NCBI RefSeq assembly: GCF_003945235.1
Contig: NZ_RSDW01000001.1
Coordinates: 2,160,001-2,192,000 of the forward strand
Direction: 5' to 3'
DNA from: Edaphobacter aggregans
Lineage (GTDB): Bacteria > Acidobacteriota > Terriglobia > Terriglobales > Acidobacteriaceae
DNA: 32,000 nucleotides
Shown: piece by piece, positions 26,046 through 32,000 of the stretch
Layout: each line of letters starts with the position of its first letter
Numbering within the stretch: the first letter of the stretch is position 1
Translations under genes and position numbers: made by a program
The notes under the pieces: model-generated
Seen by the model: the letters and a program-made list of their open reading frames with translations, nothing else
Told to the model about the DNA's origin: nothing
Database searches by the model: none

Positions 26046-26085
26046 ACCGCTTGTAACGCGTGTAGCATGGCTACCCGAATCGGCC

Positions 26086-26688
26086 TCACCCCACCAAAAC
26101 CCGCTCCAGCGGCCCCGGAACCTTCACCGAAGCCATTCCCGCAGCGGTCGCAGCCTCAATCCCCATATCCGTATCCTCAAACACCAGACAAGCCTCAGGA
26201 GCCACTCCAAGCCTCTCAGCCGCCATCAAAAACGGCTCCGGATGCGGCTTGCTCCTCATGTAATCCCCCGCGCAAACCAGCGTCTCGAACTTATCCAAAA
26301 TATTCAGCGACCGCAGCGACGCAGTCACGCAACTCCGCGTCCCACCCGACACCACCGCAAACGGAACCTGCCCATGGCTCACCTCGATATGCTCCAACAC
26401 CTCAGGAATCCCCTTCAGCAGCGAAAGATTCCCAAAGAAAAACTCTTCCTTGCGCCTCCGAATCTCATCCACCGGCATGCTCAAGCCATCCCGCTCGTTC
26501 AGCATCGCAATAATCTCAGTCACCGGCATGCCACCCAGCGAGTAGAAGTGATCCTCGGCAAATTCGCAGTTCCAATCCGCCAGAACATGCTTCCACCCCA
26601 GGTAATGAAGCGGCATCGAGTCCGCAATCGTCCCATCGCAGTCGAACAAGTAAGCCTCAAATGGCCCATCCGGCAACGTCAACTTCAT
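26086..26688 (-). CDS. HAD-IA family hydrolase (phosphatase / beta-phosphoglucomutase-like)
   Basis: 200-aa ORF with motif I FDCDGTIADS, motif II VVSGG, and KPHPEPF...FEDTDMGIEAATAAGM (motifs III/IV). Confidence 0.85.
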   Translation of the reverse strand: MKLTLPDGPFEAYLFDCDGTIADSMPLHYLGWKHVLADWNCEFAEDHFYSLGGMPVTEIIAMLNERDGLSMPVDEIRRRKEEFFFGNLSLLKGIPEVLEHIEVSHGQVPFAVVSGGTRSCVTASLRSLNILDKFETLVCAGDYMRSKPHPEPFLMAAERLGVAPEACLVFEDTDMGIEAATAAGMASVKVPGPLERVLVG

Positions 26689-26714
26689 GCGCTCGCGTCT
26701 CCCTGAACAAATCA

Positions 26715-26735
26715 GGGCGGCAAAGTATGCCGCCC
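26715..26735 (-). terminator. Intrinsic terminator downstream of ndk (hairpin is symmetric and could act in both directions)
   Basis: GGGCGGCA (26715-26722) pairs with TGCCGCCC (26728-26735) as a perfect 8-bp stem with a 5-nt loop. On the minus strand it is followed by TGATTTGTT, and on the plus strand by CTTTGTTTG. Confidence 0.6.
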
Positions 26736-26757
26736 CTTTGTTTGATGCACGATAAAA

Positions 26758-27174
26758 CTACTTCAATTCATATCCAGCAAAGAAGTATCCAATCTCAAAC
26801 GCAGCCGTATCCTCTGCATCCGAGCCATGGATCGCGTTCTCGCCAATCGACGCCGCAAACTGCTTGCGGATCGTTCCCTCTTCGGCCTGCGCAGGATTCG
26901 TCGCACCCATCAGCTTGCGCAGATCGGCAATGGCGTTGTCCTTCTCGAGCACCATCGGGAAGATCGGCCCGCTCGACATAAACTCCGTCAGTTCGCCGAA
27001 GAACGGACGCGCCGCGTGAACGTAATAGAAACCCTCGGCCTGAGCCTTAGAGATCGAAACCTTCTTGATCGAAACAATTTTGAACCCCGCCTTTTCGATC
27101 TCGGCGAGAATGGCGCCTGCATGGCCCTTGCGGACGGCGTCCGGCTTAATGATGCTGAATGTGCGTTGTGACAA
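26758..27174 (-). CDS. ndk: Nucleoside-diphosphate kinase
   Basis: 138-aa ORF with [11 protein letters not shown]...NAIHGSD (active-site His). The start codon is TTG (27174-27172), with GGAGAA 8 nt upstream. Confidence 0.95.
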   Translation of the reverse strand: MSQRTFSIIKPDAVRKGHAGAILAEIEKAGFKIVSIKKVSISKAQAEGFYYVHAARPFFGELTEFMSSGPIFPMVLEKDNAIADLRKLMGATNPAQAEEGTIRKQFAASIGENAIHGSDAEDTAAFEIGYFFAGYELK

Positions 27175-27279
27175 CGTAGTTCTCCAATATTTCGGGTTTT
27201 CTCAGTTTTCCGTGAGAAGTATGTATCTTCAGTGTACCTTTTTCGCCAATTCGACGTGTAAACGCCACATCGAAGCCAC

Positions 27280-29010
27280 CTAATACCGCCAACTCGTTAC
27301 ATCCGCCCCAGCCGGAGCCGTCTTCGAAATCCGCTCCATGATCTTCGGTAGATACATCGTGTTGTAGTGCAGCCGCGAGTAAGCATTCGGCAGCTTCGGA
27401 TCCCCATTCCAGCAATGCTCCGCCCGCTCCCCATACTTGATCTCGCCCTCAAACGGAACGCTCCCTGGAGTCGTCCCCGTCGTCTTCAAAAAATCCTCGA
27501 TCAAATAAACAGCATTGTTCAGAAAATAAGTATCCGCGCTGCCTACATAAATATTCAGCTTGCCCTGCAGCTTCGGCCCCAGAGTCATCCAGTCCCGCTG
27601 CAAGATCGCATTCAGGTCGTAATGTTCCTTCCAATACTCCGCGACCTTATGGTCGATTACTCCCGTCTCCTTATCGAAGATCTCCGCCGGATAACCATCC
27701 GCGCCCACCGGCCCATACACCGCCTGCCACACATCAAACTGCTCACCCGACCGCCCATGGTCCCCCAGCGCCGCCTCATACGCCGCGTTGTCGCGAAACG
27801 CCGCCAGCGTCTGCCCCAGATAGTTGCGCATCGAAGGCTGCTCAACCACCTTATGAGTTCCCTCCATAAAAAACGCATTCTTCCGGTTGTAGATATCCAC
27901 CGTCATGTACGCATGAAAGTCCACAGGATCAGGACACGCCGCAAACGCTCCGTTGTAATCCTCCGGATAAAAGATCTGAGCTGCCAGCGACTCCCACCCG
28001 CCCGTCGATCCACCATACAAAAACCGAGCCCACCCCTGCCCAATCCCACGAAACTGCTTCTCAATCGCCGGAATCAGCTCCTTCTCAATCGCATCCCCAT
28101 AAGGCCCCAGGTTCGCCGAGTTCACCGCATACGAGTCGTCATAGTAAGGATTCGCATGCTGCAGCTTCGCCACCAGAATCCGCGGAAACCCAGGACTGAT
28201 CCACTGCTGATACGTCTTATAACCCTCCTCCTGCTGGATGCGGTTGTACCCCGTCAAATGAAACCGCTCCGAATAATCCGGCTTCAAATTCGGGTCGGGA
28301 GGCGTAGTCCGAAAGTCATTGAACTCCGACACATAGTGATCATGAAAGATCGCCAGCGGATACCGCGCATTCGGATGCTCGTCAAAACCCTCCGGCACCA
28401 ACACCATCGCGCTCAAAAACATCGGCGTTCCCCAGAACTTCGTCAGCAACTCACTCTGTATCCGTATATGCCGCACATATTTTGTATCCGCGACAGGCGC
28501 AATTGCCGGAATCACCTGATCCATCACCACCGCAATCGGCCCACCCGCCCCAACATGAATCTTCCGGGGCTTGCTATACAAATTCCCCGGAGCGATATTC
28601 CAGTGCTGCCCCTCCCCCCGATCCGGAGCAAGCTTCACCGTCTTCCCATCCGCGCGATGAAACGTCTGATACACATTCAGTACCGCCTGCACCGTATAGT
28701 CCCCCGCAGGCACATCCTTCAAACTCCGTATCGGATACCCCGTAGCCGAACCATCTACCACCGTACCCTGCCCCGGCTTCAACCCATCGACAGTCAACCC
28801 AAACACCATCTGAGTCCGCGGCGTGTCATTGATCTGCATCCGTGGCTCCTCGGAGTCATCCGTCGAGAGCAGCAGCAACACCCTTCCATCCAGCGGCTTC
28901 GCAGACCGCGCAGCAGGAAAACTAACGGAAAACGTAGTCGCCGTCTGAGCCGGCAAAACCCCAGACGCAACCAACAAAGCAGCGGAGAAAATTAAAAGAG
29001 AACGGCGCAT
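27280..29010 (-). CDS. Secreted alpha/beta-hydrolase fold protein (putative esterase family)
   Basis: The signal peptide MRRSLLIFSAALLVASGVLPAQ starts at the ATG at 29010; the track ORF extends to 29076. The nucleophile-elbow-like FLYGGSTGGWESL (GxSxG) lies in the C-terminal half. The exact family was not determined. Confidence 0.7.
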   Translation of the reverse strand: MRRSLLIFSAALLVASGVLPAQTATTFSVSFPAARSAKPLDGRVLLLLSTDDSEEPRMQINDTPRTQMVFGLTVDGLKPGQGTVVDGSATGYPIRSLKDVPAGDYTVQAVLNVYQTFHRADGKTVKLAPDRGEGQHWNIAPGNLYSKPRKIHVGAGGPIAVVMDQVIPAIAPVADTKYVRHIRIQSELLTKFWGTPMFLSAMVLVPEGFDEHPNARYPLAIFHDHYVSEFNDFRTTPPDPNLKPDYSERFHLTGYNRIQQEEGYKTYQQWISPGFPRILVAKLQHANPYYDDSYAVNSANLGPYGDAIEKELIPAIEKQFRGIGQGWARFLYGGSTGGWESLAAQIFYPEDYNGAFAACPDPVDFHAYMTVDIYNRKNAFFMEGTHKVVEQPSMRNYLGQTLAAFRDNAAYEAALGDHGRSGEQFDVWQAVYGPVGADGYPAEIFDKETGVIDHKVAEYWKEHYDLNAILQRDWMTLGPKLQGKLNIYVGSADTYFLNNAVYLIEDFLKTTGTTPGSVPFEGEIKYGERAEHCWNGDPKLPNAYSRLHYNTMYLPKIMERISKTAPAGADVTSWRY

Positions 29011-29085
29011 GCGGCCAGTATATGCGGCCCACATGCGCCCGTCTTTCTTCTTGCACTTTCGCTTAACGTCGAGCATCCTAAAAAA

Positions 29086-29247
29086 ATGCGCAACACCGCA
29101 TGGCTATGGTTCGCAGGCTGCATAGCATGGGCAGTGGACGGCATCGTAAGCCTCCACTTTCACTCTCTCCAGCACGCCCAACTCGCCTTCATGGTTTCGC
29201 TGGTCTTCCTGGCCGCCGGCTTCTTCTACCGCAAGCAGAAACGATAA
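29086..29247 (+). CDS. Candidate 53-aa small membrane protein (two predicted TM helices)
   Basis: My own translation is MRNTAWLWFAGCIAWAVDGIVSLHFHSLQHAQLAFMVSLVFLAAGFFYRKQKR. Third-position GC is 40/53 by manual count, like genuine genes here. It is below the 60-aa cutoff of the ORF track and ends just before a hairpin. There is no clear SD. Confidence 0.4.
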   Translation: MRNTAWLWFAGCIAWAVDGIVSLHFHSLQHAQLAFMVSLVFLAAGFFYRKQKR

Positions 29248-29269
29248 AGGAGGAGCATCCGCCCCTCCT
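29248..29269 (-). terminator. Hairpin terminator downstream of sucD (shared with the small plus-strand ORF)
   Basis: AGGAGG (29248-29253) pairs with CCTCCT (29264-29269) as a 6-bp stem with a 10-nt loop. On the minus strand it is followed by TTTATCGTTTCTG. Confidence 0.45.
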
Positions 29270-29296
29270 CTTCGCGACATCCGCCACCCTTGGAAA

Positions 29297-30172
29297 CTAA
29301 GCCTTCCCCAGCAACCGAGCCATCGCCTCACCGATATCCGCCGGCGACTTCACCACGGTAATCCCGGCCTCGGCCATCGCCTTCATCTTCTCAGCCGCCG
29401 TGCCCTCGCCACCCGAAATAATGGCTCCGGCATGTCCCATCCGGCGTCCCGGAGGAGCCGTCTGCCCCGCGATAAACCCGACCACCGGCTTCTTCACGTT
29501 CTCCTTGATGAACTTCGCCGCAGCCTCTTCCGCCGAGCCGCCGATCTCACCAATCATGATGATCGCCTCACTCTCCGGATCATCATTCAACAGTCGCAGC
29601 GCATCAATATGAGTCGTCCCAATAATCGGGTCGCCCCCAATCCCAATCGCCGTCGATTGCCCAATCCCCCGCGTCGTCAACTGGTACACCGCCTCGTACG
29701 TCAGCGTCCCCGACTTCGAAACAATCCCCACGCTGCCTTCCTTATGAATCCGCCCCGGCATAATCCCAACCTTAGCCTTACCCGGCGAAATCACACCCGG
29801 ACAATTCGGCCCGATCAGCCGCGACTTCGACCGCTTCACAACCTCCCACGCCTTCACCATGTCGAGCACCGGAATGCCCTCCGTGATGCAGATCACCAGT
29901 GGAACCTGCGCAGCCGCAGCTTCAAGAATCCCATCGGCAGCAAACGGCGGCGGCACAAAGATCACCGACACATTCGCCCCCGTCTCCTTCACCGCCTCCT
30001 CGACGGTGTTGAACACAGGCCACCCCTCATGCGTCGTCCCGCCCTTGCCCGGCGTCACACCACCCACAACCTTCGTCCCATACTCCGCGCAGGCCTTCGC
30101 ATGAAACGACCCCTCACGCCCCGTAATCCCCTGCACAATCAGCCGCGTATTCTTATCAACCAGAACTGCCAT
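29297..30172 (-). CDS. sucD: Succinate--CoA ligase (ADP-forming) subunit alpha
   Basis: 291-aa ORF with [27 protein letters not shown] and the phosphohistidine loop MGHAGAII. Confidence 0.95.
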   Translation of the reverse strand: MAVLVDKNTRLIVQGITGREGSFHAKACAEYGTKVVGGVTPGKGGTTHEGWPVFNTVEEAVKETGANVSVIFVPPPFAADGILEAAAAQVPLVICITEGIPVLDMVKAWEVVKRSKSRLIGPNCPGVISPGKAKVGIMPGRIHKEGSVGIVSKSGTLTYEAVYQLTTRGIGQSTAIGIGGDPIIGTTHIDALRLLNDDPESEAIIMIGEIGGSAEEAAAKFIKENVKKPVVGFIAGQTAPPGRRMGHAGAIISGGEGTAAEKMKAMAEAGITVVKSPADIGEAMARLLGKA

Positions 30173-30174
30173 AG

Positions 30175-31353
30175 CTACTTACCACCTTTCGCGGCGGCCA
30201 CTGCAAGATCAGCGGCTTCCTTCATCGTTGCCCCCACCTGAAACTTCAAGCCCGATTCCATAAGAATCTTGCGCCCCTCTTCAACATTCGTGCCCTCTAA
30301 CCGCAGAATGATCGGCAACTTCACATCCAGCTTCTTTGCCGCCGCAACAACCGCGGTCGCCAGAACATCCACCCGCAGAATCCCACCAAAAATATTGATA
30401 AAGATCGCCTTCACATGCGGATCACTCAACAAAATCCCGAAAGCATTCTCAATCTGCTCCTGATTCGCTCCGCCGCCCACATCCAGAAAGTTCGCCGCCG
30501 ACCCACCCGCATACTGGATGATGTCCATCGTCGCCATCGCCAACCCAGCGCCATTGACCATGCAGGCGATATTCCCATCCAGCTTGATGTAGTTCAGCGC
30601 AAACTTGCTGGCCTCAACCTCCAGCGGATCTTCCTCCGCCAGATCGCGCAACTCCTTCAAATCCTTATGCCGGAACATCGCGTTGTCGTCAAAATTGATC
30701 TTGCAATCCAGCGCCAGCAGCTTGTCATCCTTCGTCGTAATAAACGGATTGATCTCCATCAGCGTCGAATCCGTCTCAACAAACGCCTTGTACAGCCCCA
30801 TCATGAACCCGACCGCCTGATTGATCTGCGTCGGCTTCAGACCAAGCTTGAACGCCAGCTTCCGCGCCTGATAAGGCTGAAAGCCAATCGCAGGCTCAAC
30901 ATATTCCTTGTAGATCTTCTCCGGCGTCGCATGCGCGACCTCTTCAATCTCCATCCCACCGGCCTGCGAAGCCATAAACACAACCTTCGCCGAAGCCCGA
31001 TCCAGCACTAGCCCCAGATAAAGCTCGCGATCGATCGCCGAGCCCTCTTCCACCAGCAACCGCTGAACCTTCTGCCCCTGCGGTCCGGTCTGATGCGTCA
31101 CCAGTTGCATCCCGAGGATCGCCTTCGATGCCTCAGCCGCGGCCTCCAGCGACTTGACCACCTTCACGCCGCCGCCCTTGCCGCGCCCACCCGCATGGAT
31201 CTGCGCCTTCACCACGACGACAGCATTCCCCGCGTCAAATAACGCCTTGGCAGCCGAATCGGCCTCTTCCAGCGTGCTCGCCATCTCGCCGCCCGGAACC
31301 GGCACGTTGTACTTCCGCAGAATCTCTTTAGCCTGATACTCGTGAATTTTCAT
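30175..31353 (-). CDS. sucC: Succinate--CoA ligase (ADP-forming) subunit beta
   Basis: The canonical N-terminus [20 protein letters not shown] starts at the ATG at 31353; the track ORF extends to 31413. It has an ATP-grasp domain and the NIFGGI block. It stops 2 nt before sucD. Confidence 0.95.
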   Translation of the reverse strand: MKIHEYQAKEILRKYNVPVPGGEMASTLEEADSAAKALFDAGNAVVVVKAQIHAGGRGKGGGVKVVKSLEAAAEASKAILGMQLVTHQTGPQGQKVQRLLVEEGSAIDRELYLGLVLDRASAKVVFMASQAGGMEIEEVAHATPEKIYKEYVEPAIGFQPYQARKLAFKLGLKPTQINQAVGFMMGLYKAFVETDSTLMEINPFITTKDDKLLALDCKINFDDNAMFRHKDLKELRDLAEEDPLEVEASKFALNYIKLDGNIACMVNGAGLAMATMDIIQYAGGSAANFLDVGGGANQEQIENAFGILLSDPHVKAIFINIFGGILRVDVLATAVVAAAKKLDVKLPIILRLEGTNVEEGRKILMESGLKFQVGATMKEAADLAVAAAKGGK

Positions 31354-31468
31354 AGGTTGTCTTCGGAAACTGCCCGCGCGAGAAGTGTAGCGGACGCCCA
31401 CAACTGCCCGCAATCCGAAACGCGCACAATGGTGCGGTTATCGTCCTCGCAACATACCTCTCGACAAC

Positions 31469-32000
31469 CTAGCGCAGCGCCGCCAACCCATTTCCTCCCC
31501 GATACGCCTGTATGGAATGAACATCCACAACTGCCTCTGCCTGCCGAATGCGACGCTCTACAACTTCCGCCTCATCTACACGCCGGATCTCGCGTAGGAA
31601 CTTGGCATACTGTCTCGAAGCTACCAAACTAGACGGATTCCCCACACCAAGCTGCTCGTTCAGGATGTCCATTCCCTCTTCCATATGTCTCCCCCCTTCG
31701 ACCAGATTCCCGGACTTCCAGAACACATAGCCGAGCAGAAAATCACCCATACCATCCTGGAGCAAATTGGCCTTCGCCTCATGGACTGCGTCCTCCAGAG
31801 GAGCAATAGCCGACGCACAATCCTTGCTCATGCAAAGCGCCACTCCCAGGACATACCGCACCGTGATCCTGTCATAGACAGTCGTCCCCGCGTTGGCCCC
31901 GAATTCAGCGATTGCCTTCTCCGCAAAACCTTTTGCCTTAGCGAACTTGTTCTCAGCCAGATAAAGGGTGGCCAGATCACTCCAGCTGCGGGCAATCAGC
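31469..32000 (-). CDS. Tetratricopeptide-repeat protein (partial, N-terminus beyond window end)
   Basis: My own translation shows the frame stays open from 31999 through the track ORF. It reads LIARSWSDLATLYLAENKFAKAKGFAEKAIAEFGANAGTTVYDRITVRYVLGVALCMSKD.... Repeated A-x-x-Y/F-x-x-A-hydrophobic helical pairs are TPR-like. Confidence 0.7.
   Translation of the reverse strand, partial: LIARSWSDLATLYLAENKFAKAKGFAEKAIAEFGANAGTTVYDRITVRYVLGVALCMSKDCASAIAPLEDAVHEAKANLLQDGMGDFLLGYVFWKSGNLVEGGRHMEEGMDILNEQLGVGNPSSLVASRQYAKFLREIRRVDEAEVVERRIRQAEAVVDVHSIQAYRGGNGLAALR

Noticed and set aside
27367-28995. Very long (542-aa) ORF antisense to the alpha/beta-hydrolase gene. Similar long antisense ORFs occur at 4618-5499, 6083-6742, 15884-16798, 22158-23012, 24006-24581 and 29432-30241.
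   Set aside because: All lie exactly opposite genes with clear family motifs. Their translations are R/P/H/L-rich low-complexity strings. Stop-poor antisense frames are expected from GC-rich third-position codon bias.

Overview
32-kb stretch of a moderately GC-rich bacterial chromosome. The protein sequences and frequent weak or absent Shine-Dalgarno sites suggest Acidobacteriota/Terriglobia, but this is unverified. The content is almost entirely core housekeeping and central metabolism. In order: polA (5' part), queA, a DUF374 acyltransferase, two convergent CPBP/Abi-type membrane proteases, an ABC-2 exporter pair, an acyltransferase-3 protein, a SnoaL-like cyclase, recG, an orphan response regulator, a PhzF-family isomerase, a 1-Cys peroxiredoxin followed by tRNA-Cys, korAB, a cNMP-binding/DUF1003 membrane protein, an L-lactate permease, a scoA-scoB-MOFRL glycerate kinase operon, aldose 1-epimerase, an SGNH hydrolase, one orphan ORF, a HAD hydrolase, ndk, a secreted alpha/beta hydrolase, sucCD and a TPR protein (partial). 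I found no mobile elements, CRISPR arrays, rRNA, integrases or recognisable defence, toxin or secondary-metabolite cluster, so this is an ordinary core region. Several non-coding features are not explained by the genes. (1) A roughly 200-nt plus-strand leader lies ahead of the peroxiredoxin. It holds a 22-codon ORF with 4 Cys codons, four mutually complementary CCCACCC/GGGTGGG segments and a strong intrinsic terminator. With tRNA-Cys(GCA) just downstream of the peroxiredoxin, this looks like a possible cysteine-sensing leader-peptide attenuator. (2) A 660-nt gap with no coding signal is packed with hairpins and ends in a minus-strand terminator, making it a candidate large ncRNA or long leader. 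(3) A compound microsatellite and a G-depleted CA-rich tract sit upstream of polA. (4) A CPBP-like protein has its catalytic EExxxR motif replaced by QQxxxQ. All functional interpretations of these are inference from sequence reading only.
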